64,000 bases of DNA from Chlorobiota bacterium (GTDB lineage: Bacteria > Bacteroidota > Ignavibacteria > Kapaibacteriales > NICIL-2), in contig JBDHXF010000003.1 of NCBI GenBank assembly GCA_039810585.1, positions 93,946 through 157,945 on the forward strand, in the 5' to 3' direction. Positions 41,243 to 50,668 of the stretch are shown here, piece after piece. How positions within the stretch are numbered: the first letter of the stretch is position 1; each line of letters begins with the position of its first letter. The notes beneath the pieces are model-generated. The model saw only the letters and a list, made by a program, of their open reading frames with translations, searched no databases and was not told the DNA's origin. The translations under genes and the position numbers were made by a program.

Positions 41243-41335
41243 CACGACAATGACAAGACGAGTGTTGATCTGACGGAGCCGCGGAAACGCCATGGACGAA
41301 AGTGAACTCGTCAAATAAAGTGAACACGTCAGATA

Positions 41336-41370
41336 AAGAAAAGGGTCGGCAAAAATGCCAACCCTTTTTA
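41336..41370 (-). terminator. Bidirectional-type terminator (A-run, hairpin aaaagggtcggc/gccaaccctttt, T-run) serving citrate synthase
   Basis: Seen directly, about 30 nt after the gltA stop. Confidence 0.6.
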
Positions 41371-41396
41371 GTGAGTCATGTCTGCTGTCTTATCGA

Positions 41397-42671
41397 TTAC
41401 TTGTTGGCCATTGCCGTGAGTTGATCGAGAGTTACCGACTTCGGACGTGTAATTGCAGAGCCGAGGATGCGGTGAACAAGAATTTGCGAGCAGATACCCA
41501 TGGCGCGACTAACGCCGAACATCACCGTGTAGAAGGAGAATTCCTTCATACCCAAATCGTAGAGCAGGGAACCACTGATGGAGTCGACATTTGGCCACGG
41601 ACTCTTTGCCTTGCCATGCTCTGTGAGAACTCCCGGAACAATTTGGAAGAACTTCTTGACCAACGTAATGCTGTCGCTAGTCATATTATGCTTATCAGCA
41701 AACTCGTGGAAAGCAGTGAAACGTGGGTCCGTGCATCGCAGTACACCATGACCATAGCCCGGAATAACCCGGCCGCCATTCAGACGATCCCAGCAGTACT
41801 GGGTAAGAGTGGCATCATCTGGCACTCCCTTGAAATGTTCGATTACTTCGAGAATGAAAGCAAGCACTTCTTGATTTGCGAGTCCGTGTAACGGACCGGC
41901 AAGACCATTAAGACCCGCGCTGACCGCGTAATACACATCGCTGAGAGCGGACCCTACGGTAAGACCGGTAAGAGCGCTCACGTTACCACCTTCGTGGTCG
42001 GAGTGCAATACCAGGTACAGGCGGACTAAATCCTGCCATGCATGGTCGGAACTGACGCCCAGCATGTTGGCAAAGTTCGTCGCCCAATCGGCGTTGGGAT
42101 CCGGATGGATGATATCGCCATTATGGAATTTCAGACGGTAAATGGCGGCAGCCAGGGTGGTAATGCGCGAGAGGAGATTGATGGAGTCTTCTAGAGTGGC
42201 TTCCCACAAATGATCCTTACTGGCGCCGGAATCGTAAGCATGACGGAAGGCAGATTCGTGCTCCATGGACAATAAACCCATCGACAACATTGCCATCGGA
42301 TGGGAATCTTTGTGCATTGCCTTCAGCGTGTCCAACACATACGTAGGAAGTTCTGCTCTCGAAGCAAAGACGTGCTTTAGCAAAGCTTTCTCTTCGTCGT
42401 TCGGCTTGGAACCTGTGGCCAGCAAGAAGAAGATTTCTTCGGGCTGCCAATCGGTGAGTTCCATGATGGGAATTTTGCGAATACGCAGACCTTCGTCCGC
42501 CGACACCGATGAAGTGTCGCAAAGGACGGAGGGAATTCCACGCATCCCGCCAATGACCTGTTCAACCGTAACGGAGGCAATCGCAGTGTCGCTCTTTTCC
42601 TTAAGAAGTGTGGTGCGCTTATCGCGGATGGACGGTGCCATTTCCGCCAGTTTGTTTTTAATGAAATCCAT
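41397..42671 (-). CDS. gltA: Citrate synthase
   Basis: 424 aa. GYGHGVLRCTDPR is the citrate synthase signature. Confidence 0.9.
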   Translation of the reverse strand: MDFIKNKLAEMAPSIRDKRTTLLKEKSDTAIASVTVEQVIGGMRGIPSVLCDTSSVSADEGLRIRKIPIMELTDWQPEEIFFLLATGSKPNDEEKALLKHVFASRAELPTYVLDTLKAMHKDSHPMAMLSMGLLSMEHESAFRHAYDSGASKDHLWEATLEDSINLLSRITTLAAAIYRLKFHNGDIIHPDPNADWATNFANMLGVSSDHAWQDLVRLYLVLHSDHEGGNVSALTGLTVGSALSDVYYAVSAGLNGLAGPLHGLANQEVLAFILEVIEHFKGVPDDATLTQYCWDRLNGGRVIPGYGHGVLRCTDPRFTAFHEFADKHNMTSDSITLVKKFFQIVPGVLTEHGKAKSPWPNVDSISGSLLYDLGMKEFSFYTVMFGVSRAMGICSQILVHRILGSAITRPKSVTLDQLTAMANK

Positions 42672-42860
42672 AGTACGAACCCTTGTGATGAAAATTCGGC
42701 CAACTCACAACTACACATCGTTGCAAAAATAAGGGCTATGCGTGCAACAGGGGGCATATTTCGAAGAGAAAAAGATCGCGATAGACGAAAGTAGCCGGCC
42801 TATTTGACCTACATCAGCATTTCAAAGCTTAGGTAGCCAAACGATGCGTAATTTTCTACC

Positions 42861-43874
42861 ATGAAGCGAGCAATTGGAATTGTGGTGGTTGGAGTGGTAC
42901 TCTTGGCTGCAGGCTGTGCATGGTACTTACGCTCACCCTTGGCGATCAACAGTGTTACAGACGTGTATATCCCAAAAGGAAGTAGTGTTTTCAAAGCCAC
43001 GCAAGTGGTGCAACAAAGTCATTGCATTCGCCACCCCCTCTTGTTCAGACTCATGCTCAGTGCATGGTGTCGCCTCAACTCGTCCACCATTTACGCCGGT
43101 TCGTATCGGTTTAACGTAACGAACACCCACTTTCAACTTTTAAGGGCCTTGCTGAGTGGAAAGCAGGTATTGAAGGTGCGAGTGACCTTTCCGGAAGGAC
43201 TTCCAAGCTGGCGCTTTGCGTCCATTCTCCAAAAAAACGTCGGGATTGATTCAGCGGCCTTCATGAAGGAGATGATGAACGACTCGCTCATCAAGGCGCT
43301 GGGTATCCAAGCTACCTCGCTTGAAGGCTATCTCAAACCGGATACCTATGAGTACTTCTGGAAGCAGCCGACGCAGGAGATTATCGAGGGGCTTGTGAGC
43401 CAACAGAACAAACTCTGGAATGAGAAGTTTCAAGCGGATGCCTTGCAGCAGGGAAAAACGCGCGCGGAAGTCATGACCATGGCCAGCATCGTGGAGGCAG
43501 AAACTCCGCAGGCGGACGAGAGAGCCCGCGTAGCGGGCGTGTATGAAAATCGTCTTGCGAAGGGAATGAGACTGGAAGCTGATCCCACCGTGCAGTATGC
43601 AATCGGACCAGAGGCACGGTGGTTGTCGCTTGCCGATCTGCGTTTCGAGAGTCCCTACAACACCTACTTGCACAGCGGACTGCCACCAGGACCAATCAAC
43701 AACCCCGGGGAGCTTAGCATTGCCGCCGCATTGCATCCGGAGGTGAATTCATACTACTTCTTTTGTGCCAAAGGCGACCGCTCTAACAGCCATTATTTCT
43801 CCTCAACCATCAACGAGCACCACGTCAACGTGATGCGCTACCGACATAACCTGAGCTTGTCTCACCAGGATTGA
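42861..43874 (+). CDS. mltG: Endolytic murein transglycosylase (YceG family)
   Basis: 337 aa with an N-terminal TM helix. MASIVEAETPQADERARVAGVYENRLAKGMRLEADPTVQYA is the YceG core. Confidence 0.85.
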   Translation: MKRAIGIVVVGVVLLAAGCAWYLRSPLAINSVTDVYIPKGSSVFKATQVVQQSHCIRHPLLFRLMLSAWCRLNSSTIYAGSYRFNVTNTHFQLLRALLSGKQVLKVRVTFPEGLPSWRFASILQKNVGIDSAAFMKEMMNDSLIKALGIQATSLEGYLKPDTYEYFWKQPTQEIIEGLVSQQNKLWNEKFQADALQQGKTRAEVMTMASIVEAETPQADERARVAGVYENRLAKGMRLEADPTVQYAIGPEARWLSLADLRFESPYNTYLHSGLPPGPINNPGELSIAAALHPEVNSYYFFCAKGDRSNSHYFSSTINEHHVNVMRYRHNLSLSHQD

Positions 43875-43910
43875 TTTGGTCGCCTGCACGAATACGATGC
43901 AGGTGTTTGC

Positions 43911-45434
43911 TTAGTCCCGAATCTGATATTCGCGTCGTTCCGATGATTTTTTATACCCGTTGATTGCGCGAACAGAGAATGCACTTTGCTGGGGTGTGAA
44001 TTGGAAGAGCTGCACGTGTATGTTGAAGCGCGGGTCGTAGGAGTAATCGCCCATGCGTTCTTGCACCTTGGATATGGTCGGAACACTAATCTCAAGCTTC
44101 ACTCGAGCCCTTACGTCGCCTTCAATTCCGTAGGAGCGAGTGCGTACCCACACCTGACCATTCTGCTGAGAGATGTCGATGATTTCGGGAGAGGGAAAGG
44201 CGAGCACGGGGATCTGAATGGTTTGACCGATTTTACGACCATTCAACGTTCGTTCGAAACTAAACACACGCGACGTGTCTTCAGGTCGCGGCTTGAAGTT
44301 GAACAATTCTCCGCTAACACTCGAGAGGATTTCCGTCCCGTGCTCGTCACGAAGAGTGGCACCGGCGGGAAGTCCGCTGATCACCGGAACATTGGGGTTG
44401 AACGTGTAGTTCAAACCGGGATACATGTGCTGTGGTACTTGCGGTGCATCCAGATTCATGGCCAGCACGCGAAACGAAACGCTTGTGTCCTTTTTATCGG
44501 ATATTCGTCGAGCGGACACGGTGTACAGCGCCATACCGGACGGCGGCGTTGTACCGGTGACGACCAGATCGGGTCCTTCAAATCGGTAGGACGCATTAGC
44601 GCCACTCACCCGGAAACTATCGCACTCTCGCTGCGGATCCGCACCATACACTCGAATGCGATTCTCAAACGGCTGATATGCAATCATCTTGATGATTTTC
44701 TCACGAGGCTGCAAGGAAAACTCACCAACCGGTGCGGGTAAAAAGCGTGGCTTATTGACTTCAGCCAGGAGCTCTTCGTATCGTTTGCGGAACGTGCTAT
44801 CGCTTTGTGCCAAAATCTGTGGGTTTAACTCCGCGAGTGTACTGCCGGCACTTCCACCATCCACGTACACCAGAGCCAGCGTGAACTTGGTTTCCGCATG
44901 AATCTGGATTTCTCCCTCATCCTGCATGGCATCACTCAAGTAACGACGCTGCTCGTCAGTGAGTCCCGGTGGTAGAAGTGGACTGGCAGTGGCGCTCACG
45001 CTCACTTGATAGAGTCGATTCTTTCCCTCGCTCAACGGGGGATTCCAGCTGAATTGTACACTTCCTTCATCACCACGACCAAGGATGTGAAATGAAGAGG
45101 AGCTGTTGGTTTTCTGCGACGACAACTGAACCACATTTTTATACGATTGATCTTCGATCCGAAAATCGTATTGAAGATCCCGAACAGCGCCGGAGTGGTA
45201 AATGGTATTGAGCGAATCGCAATCCAGGATGACCGTGGAGTCGCCCGTGCGAATCACTCGGCACATCAGCACCGTGTGTTCCGGTTGTAAAACAAAGGAC
45301 GACTGCAAGAGGGAACTGATCAGCGAGGTGGCTTGTTTGTCTTCATGCTTCTTATCAGGAATAAGGAGCACCAGTGCTGCCAAGTACAGCACAAAGTATA
45401 TTTCGACAAATCGTTTGGGTCTGGTCTTCTTCAC
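43911..45434 (-). CDS. GldM/PorM-like protein (candidate T9SS motor-complex periplasmic component)
   Basis: 507 aa. A short cytoplasmic N-terminus and a single TM helix (KRFVEIYFVLYLAALVLL, compare GldM RQKMINLMYLVFIAMLAL) are followed by a long periplasmic beta-rich region. It lies 53 bp downstream of the GldL-like gene. Confidence 0.45.
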   Translation of the reverse strand: MKKTRPKRFVEIYFVLYLAALVLLIPDKKHEDKQATSLISSLLQSSFVLQPEHTVLMCRVIRTGDSTVILDCDSLNTIYHSGAVRDLQYDFRIEDQSYKNVVQLSSQKTNSSSSFHILGRGDEGSVQFSWNPPLSEGKNRLYQVSVSATASPLLPPGLTDEQRRYLSDAMQDEGEIQIHAETKFTLALVYVDGGSAGSTLAELNPQILAQSDSTFRKRYEELLAEVNKPRFLPAPVGEFSLQPREKIIKMIAYQPFENRIRVYGADPQRECDSFRVSGANASYRFEGPDLVVTGTTPPSGMALYTVSARRISDKKDTSVSFRVLAMNLDAPQVPQHMYPGLNYTFNPNVPVISGLPAGATLRDEHGTEILSSVSGELFNFKPRPEDTSRVFSFERTLNGRKIGQTIQIPVLAFPSPEIIDISQQNGQVWVRTRSYGIEGDVRARVKLEISVPTISKVQERMGDYSYDPRFNIHVQLFQFTPQQSAFSVRAINGYKKSSERREYQIRD

Positions 45435-45487
45435 GCGTCTACGCTGGTGTCCTTATAGCTATGGCGGGGATTCGAAAAAGAGTACGG

Positions 45488-46075
45488 CTAGGATGAGCGT
45501 TCCTTGCTTTGCAGATTCGTTCGCAAGATGCTCTGAACCTCGCGTTGGACTGCGGCTTCAATTTCCTCGCGCTGCAGTTTATTGGCAGCCACATTGAACG
45601 ATTGCACGGTTTGTTCGAGTCGCTCCAGACTGTCGGCTGTTTTACTCATGCTCTCAAGAAGCGCCGGATTTGGGGCCACTGCTTTGGTAGCTGCTTCGGT
45701 ATGCTGGCGGAGCAATGCCATGACTTCAGCTTGCTCTTGCGTGAGTTCACGCAGAGCGGCAACAGCTTGCTCCATATGCATATTCACATCGGCGTAATCT
45801 CGGCCAATCTCGCCGATTTCTCGCAGGACGTCCGCGTGTGTCTCGTCCTCGCCTGGTGAATCGTCGTCGGTATTGTCCTCCGTTGGTGAAAAGAACATCA
45901 CCACGAACATCACTACAAGTAGGAGCGCTTCAAACAAAATGCTACCAAGCACGGTGGAATCGGTGACACGATCGGTAAAACGTCGAATCCCAATCATCAC
46001 CAACAGCATCGCGGCGCCAAAATAGACGAAGGAGTTTATGGTGGAGTAGTAGAAACGGTTCACCACTTCTTGCAT
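45488..46075 (-). CDS. GldL/PorL-like protein (candidate T9SS motor component); the ORF may extend to 46288
   Basis: Two N-terminal TM helices are predicted. EALLLVVMFVVMFFSPTED resembles GldL EALIFALSAFEPVEDE. An acidic linker and a cytoplasmic coiled coil follow. The start at MQEVVNRFYYS parallels GldL MALLSKKVMNFAYG. Confidence 0.45.
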   Translation of the reverse strand: MQEVVNRFYYSTINSFVYFGAAMLLVMIGIRRFTDRVTDSTVLGSILFEALLLVVMFVVMFFSPTEDNTDDDSPGEDETHADVLREIGEIGRDYADVNMHMEQAVAALRELTQEQAEVMALLRQHTEAATKAVAPNPALLESMSKTADSLERLEQTVQSFNVAANKLQREEIEAAVQREVQSILRTNLQSKERSS

Positions 46076-46310
46076 CCATAAGGACGTTCCGCGAAGTGGT
46101 CCAAGAGGGTGCAGAACCGTGACTTCCACATTGGAATAGCGGTACACTTCTCTCTCGGTGCTGCAAATACGCCACATGGTACTCAAGGTGCTGAGCCCGC
46201 CTAACTGCTTATCGTATCTGAGCTCGCGAAATATTTCTCGCAAGACACGGCGTCCTTCTCGAGACGCCATCGAACGAAGTTCTTTCATGGTGTCAAGATA
46301 GCAAAAAAGA

Positions 46311-46352
46311 TCACGCTGCTGGAGACGGCTTATTCATGCGCGCTGCGCGCTT
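46311..46352 (+). repeat. Dispersed about 45-nt motif, copy C (ctggagacggcttattcatgcgcgctgcgcgc), in the 5' region of the GldL-like gene
   Basis: Compared with copies A and B. It is inverted relative to local transcription. Confidence 0.45.
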
Positions 46353-46489
46353 TCGGGAGCAACCGTGACTACGCCAAGAGTTACCGGCCGTCTTGTCTTT
46401 CCTCAGCTAAAAAGGGGATGGGACATACAAAAACGGAGGAAACCGAGCTATCGTGTTCCCTCCGTGTGACCAATCGTGGCCAAACTCTC

Positions 46490-49144
46490 CTACGAGCCAT
46501 GTGTTACCACAATGCGAACTGCTTGTTGTACACCATTGGACATCCGTAGCATTATCGTGTACATGCCGTTAGGCAACGTGCTGACGGAGAAGCCGCCATC
46601 ACTCAGTTGAGAAAGTTCCGTTCCCAAACCGACAAGCGAATAGGCCGTGGCGCTTACACATCGGTTCGATTCATTTGCCAAACGCACGTGAAAATCACTG
46701 GCAGCAGGCAAGGGATAAACCACGCATGAAGACGGGCTCGGGGACTCTGCGACATCCGATGGATGGTAGACGCCTTCGCCTTCCAAAAGGTTGGACGGCT
46801 TCCATACGACCACGTTATTGAAGATGTCCAGTAAGGCAATGCGATCTGCATTGCCATTCCACATTAAGAGATCGTACACAGGAGTGCGTACCAACCACGA
46901 TGCGATCTTGTCGGAGTTTGTGCTAAAGAGCGACAAGCTGTCTCTGGCATCCGACGAACCCACCACGTAATAGTTCTTCTGTGGTCTAAAGAATGCCCGA
47001 TTTTTTGTGTTGTGTTGTGTGATCGTGGCAGTACGCGTGTTTTCTCGAATGAACGAACCGTTATACACAAACGTGCAGGTGCTGTCAACCTCGCTGAACA
47101 AGGTACCAAAGGGAGCGGTGGACAATGTGCTCATGACCTTTCCGTTCGATAACTGGAGCAGAGCGTTGTCCTTCGTGCTGATGTACGACAGATACGTACC
47201 GTTTGGTGAGAGCACAAGCTCGCGCAATGGATACACTGTATGGTACACCTTCACAATGGTGTCATGATTGGAACTAACAGACCAAATATCACCTTTCACA
47301 TCACCGAGATAGTAGTTTTGACTGAGGGGATTCCAGATTGCAGCACTGACCAAGTATTGCATGTGCAGGCTGTCCAGGAGCATGCCACTACTCAAGTCGT
47401 AACGAAACACATTGCCCTTCGAGTCAGCCAGGACGAATGAGGAACTATCAGGCGAGAAGCTCATGAAGACAGAATTGGAGTCGTACTCGTGAATTGTGCT
47501 GAGCTGCGAGGTATTGAGAAGAGACACCCATTTCTGTGTACTGTCTACGCTCAGGTTAAGGATAACAGCGATGGAATCGAGGGGTGACCACTTAATTGTT
47601 TGTGCCGTAGGAAACTCTCTGGTGTTGAGCTGAGTGGTGGATGGAACGTCCCAATAGCGTAAGGCATGGTCGGCTGTTAGTAGATGGTCACCATCCGGAC
47701 TGATCGCGATGGACCGCAGGCGGTCATACAATTCGTCGTCCGGAAACGCTTTGACTAAATCGCCGGTAAATAAATTGTACCGATACAATTTATTATTCAG
47801 GATAAACAAACTCGTTCCATCCGGACTTGTGGTATAGTACGATTCCAGCGAGACTGAGGCCACCGATTGAGCTGTTGCCAAATCCACAATGCGATAATTC
47901 CACGAACTATCCAGAACGAGAATTGCTCGATTGCCACTGAGGAATTTCATCGACGAGTGGTCGTTATAATTCACGTTGGGAGGAAAATCAAGGTGAATTT
48001 GATAGATACCCTGAAATGTTTTCGTGTTTATCACCGTTAATGTGTTGTCCGGAGTCAAGTAGGCCAAGAAGCGAGAATCTGAACTGAAGGTGTAGGCAAT
48101 CATGTCGCCTGGGCTGAAACTTCGGATCAAGGTATTATTCAAGTTCCAGAAGTCGAAATAGAAATCCGGGCTTACCAACGTCACTAAACTATCCGCAGAA
48201 TTGACCGCATAGTCAATCAATAAATGTGGGTTGGTAATAGTTTTTTGAGCGCCGTGGATATCCGTGTAATAAAACGTGTGATTTCCAAAGGTGCAGAACA
48301 CCTTGCTGTCCGGTATCCACGTGCCGTACTGGTGCGTTGGAATGGTGTCTGATACATACGACTTTGACTGCAAATCAAAGGCATGCCAATACGATTCTGC
48401 CCGGTACTCGATGTCTGTACCCAGAGTGTCAGATAAGCGATCCACTCGAAGCATCACCAGCGAATTATCCGACGTCCAGCTATTGGAGTTACAGAAAATC
48501 TTGAAGTGAGCTAGGAAATAGGACGAATCGGCAAGCCCGTGTAAAGTGTCCGGTGGTCGGACGTAGGTGTACGAAGGCCACACGCTATCACGGAGCATGA
48601 TTTGTTTGTGTTCTAAATCAACAACATAGAACAAGTCATTTTTTGTGCAGATAACGGAATGACTAAAATCCGGTGACATATACACACTACGAATGGTGTC
48701 CTCAACGCTAAAGTCCACTTGTACAGCTCCGCTCAGTACATTTACAAGGTTTAGCGTTTTGACTTGCGGACAATACAAAAAGTGGGGAATTCCGTGCAAT
48801 GTTCCGAAACGATAGATTGGTTGTGCATCCGCCATCTGAACATTGAAATAGTCGCGGGAGACCAGAGCCTTTCCGGTGGTGGCGTTCCAATTGCGCACCT
48901 GGATGTGGGTAGTCGTGATGGCTTCGTCGCGCGTGCGCACTTCGGCGCTGTAAGCTAAGCTGACGCTGTCGCCATTGGAGCTACTGATAAAAGCACTGAC
49001 GTCGTTATTCGAGCGATAAAAACTCGGTATCGTCCAGACGCTGTCGGCGGCGGCACGAAGTATAGATGTCCCGCAGAGAAGCGTGGCCAGTATCAAAAGG
49101 ACCGCTGGTCTGAGCAGGAAGGTGGTGGCAGAAGACTTTCGCAT
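46490..49144 (-). CDS. Large secreted beta-propeller-repeat protein with a T9SS C-terminal sorting domain
   Basis: About 885 aa. The signal peptide starts at the internal M (MRKSSATTFLLRPAVLLILATLLCGTSILRAAA). Repeated SPD(G/S)..L motifs are present. The C-terminus reads VVYPLPAASDFHVRL..AYSLVGLGT...LPNGMYTIMLRMSNG. Confidence 0.5.
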   Translation of the reverse strand: MRKSSATTFLLRPAVLLILATLLCGTSILRAAADSVWTIPSFYRSNNDVSAFISSSNGDSVSLAYSAEVRTRDEAITTTHIQVRNWNATTGKALVSRDYFNVQMADAQPIYRFGTLHGIPHFLYCPQVKTLNLVNVLSGAVQVDFSVEDTIRSVYMSPDFSHSVICTKNDLFYVVDLEHKQIMLRDSVWPSYTYVRPPDTLHGLADSSYFLAHFKIFCNSNSWTSDNSLVMLRVDRLSDTLGTDIEYRAESYWHAFDLQSKSYVSDTIPTHQYGTWIPDSKVFCTFGNHTFYYTDIHGAQKTITNPHLLIDYAVNSADSLVTLVSPDFYFDFWNLNNTLIRSFSPGDMIAYTFSSDSRFLAYLTPDNTLTVINTKTFQGIYQIHLDFPPNVNYNDHSSMKFLSGNRAILVLDSSWNYRIVDLATAQSVASVSLESYYTTSPDGTSLFILNNKLYRYNLFTGDLVKAFPDDELYDRLRSIAISPDGDHLLTADHALRYWDVPSTTQLNTREFPTAQTIKWSPLDSIAVILNLSVDSTQKWVSLLNTSQLSTIHEYDSNSVFMSFSPDSSSFVLADSKGNVFRYDLSSGMLLDSLHMQYLVSAAIWNPLSQNYYLGDVKGDIWSVSSNHDTIVKVYHTVYPLRELVLSPNGTYLSYISTKDNALLQLSNGKVMSTLSTAPFGTLFSEVDSTCTFVYNGSFIRENTRTATITQHNTKNRAFFRPQKNYYVVGSSDARDSLSLFSTNSDKIASWLVRTPVYDLLMWNGNADRIALLDIFNNVVVWKPSNLLEGEGVYHPSDVAESPSPSSCVVYPLPAASDFHVRLANESNRCVSATAYSLVGLGTELSQLSDGGFSVSTLPNGMYTIMLRMSNGVQQAVRIVVTHGS

Positions 49145-49349
49145 ATAACCTCCGTTTGTGATTGGGGGAAAAGTAGCGAAGAACACTTTAACAACAAATG
49201 TCAAGTGTCACTAGTTCGTGTCACGATTTGAATTATTTCGACAAAAGATGAAATAAACACTGGAATGTGTACGAGAAATCTGACAGTGCAGGCAGCGAAG
49301 CTGCGCGCGAATCATGAGTATCTGTTTTTAGGATCGTATGCTCTAAAGT

Positions 49350-50438
49350 CTACGTCTTGGTAATTCGCAGATTGACGAGCGCGATGAGGAGGAACAATCC
49401 GTTAGCAGACCAGGCGACTATTTGGGGCGAGAGGTTTAATTCAAAACCCATGGACTGAGAGATTTTGGTAAACACCAAATACACGAAGGAAACGATCATG
49501 GCAGTTGCAATTTGAACGGCGATGCCGCCTTTTTTACGAATCGAAGCAAAGGGGACTCCGAAAAGGACGACGATTAGATCGGCGAAGGGAAATGCGTATT
49601 GTCCGAAATAGTCGATGCGCTTCATGCGTACATCTTTGCCACCTCGCTCCAGAATGCTGATGTATTCGGCAAGTTCAGGGAGCGTCATTTCGTCGGTTGT
49701 TCGTTGCAGGCGCATGATACTTGCATGGGACATTTGCAGGTGAATCGTGTCGTTCACAAATGGTGCAACGGAAATATCGCCGGCCGTACTAACACTCCGA
49801 CGGTATCCATCGCTCAGCGACCAACACTGTTGCAGTGAATCCCAATGAAAGAGTTTGGCGTCAACTCGCCGTGTGATTCTTGGATGCTTTTCCGAACTGT
49901 AATCCTCCACGGCAATCATTGCACCACTCTTGCGCGTTTCGTCGTACGAATTCATGATGACGTTTCGCAGGGGATTGTCGCGAAAGTACAGGTTGTACAA
50001 TTGCGTGGGCGACTCAGATCCGCCTTTGCCAAGAAAACGCCGATCCAACTCCAACATCTTGGTAGTTGCTCGTGGCACGACCCATCCATTAAAACCGAGT
50101 TGTGCGATACTGAGCAGTGTGCTCACTATCACGATCGGGAGCATCAAACGGTACAAGCTCAAACCCGCGGTTTTCATCGCCGTTATTTCATTGGCACCGG
50201 AGTGTCGACCTATGGCAAACAAACTTGCCATCAGCATTGCGATGGGAAAGATCAGTTTGATAATCTGCGGTAAAAAGTAGAAATAGTACGAGGCAATCGC
50301 GAAAGCGCTTGCTTTGTGGTCCAGAAAGCCGTCTAAGCTTTCCATGAGGTTCACCACCACGAAAATCACGCACAAGGCCACGACCGAAAAGACCAGAGTC
50401 TGAACGAAGCTGCGTAGCAGATAACGATCGAGTTTGTT
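49350..50438 (-). CDS. LPS export ABC permease of the LptF/LptG (YjgP/YjgQ) family
   Basis: MNKLDRYLLRSFVQTLVFSVVALCVIFVVVNLMESLD is the family N-terminus. There are six TM helices and a periplasmic beta-jellyroll insert. Confidence 0.8.
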   Translation of the reverse strand, partial: NKLDRYLLRSFVQTLVFSVVALCVIFVVVNLMESLDGFLDHKASAFAIASYYFYFLPQIIKLIFPIAMLMASLFAIGRHSGANEITAMKTAGLSLYRLMLPIVIVSTLLSIAQLGFNGWVVPRATTKMLELDRRFLGKGGSESPTQLYNLYFRDNPLRNVIMNSYDETRKSGAMIAVEDYSSEKHPRITRRVDAKLFHWDSLQQCWSLSDGYRRSVSTAGDISVAPFVNDTIHLQMSHASIMRLQRTTDEMTLPELAEYISILERGGKDVRMKRIDYFGQYAFPFADLIVVLFGVPFASIRKKGGIAVQIATAMIVSFVYLVFTKISQSMGFELNLSPQIVAWSANGLFLLIALVNLRITKT

Positions 50439-50668
50439 CATACACAAGCGAATTGCAAAGAAAACCGGACATTCTTCGACGGCAGGGTGGCGGCGAAGAC
50501 GTGGCGCTGACAAAAATACAGCCCTCGCGCAGACAAAAGACCTACAGCGCGCAGAGGCACTATTGGATCGCGGCTCGCCGGATCGGTCTCGGGAGTGCTT
50601 GATAATTCCCGATTTAGCGCTATCTTTGTAGTCACTCTCGTTGCGGGATTTGTTTCACTAGATGTCCA

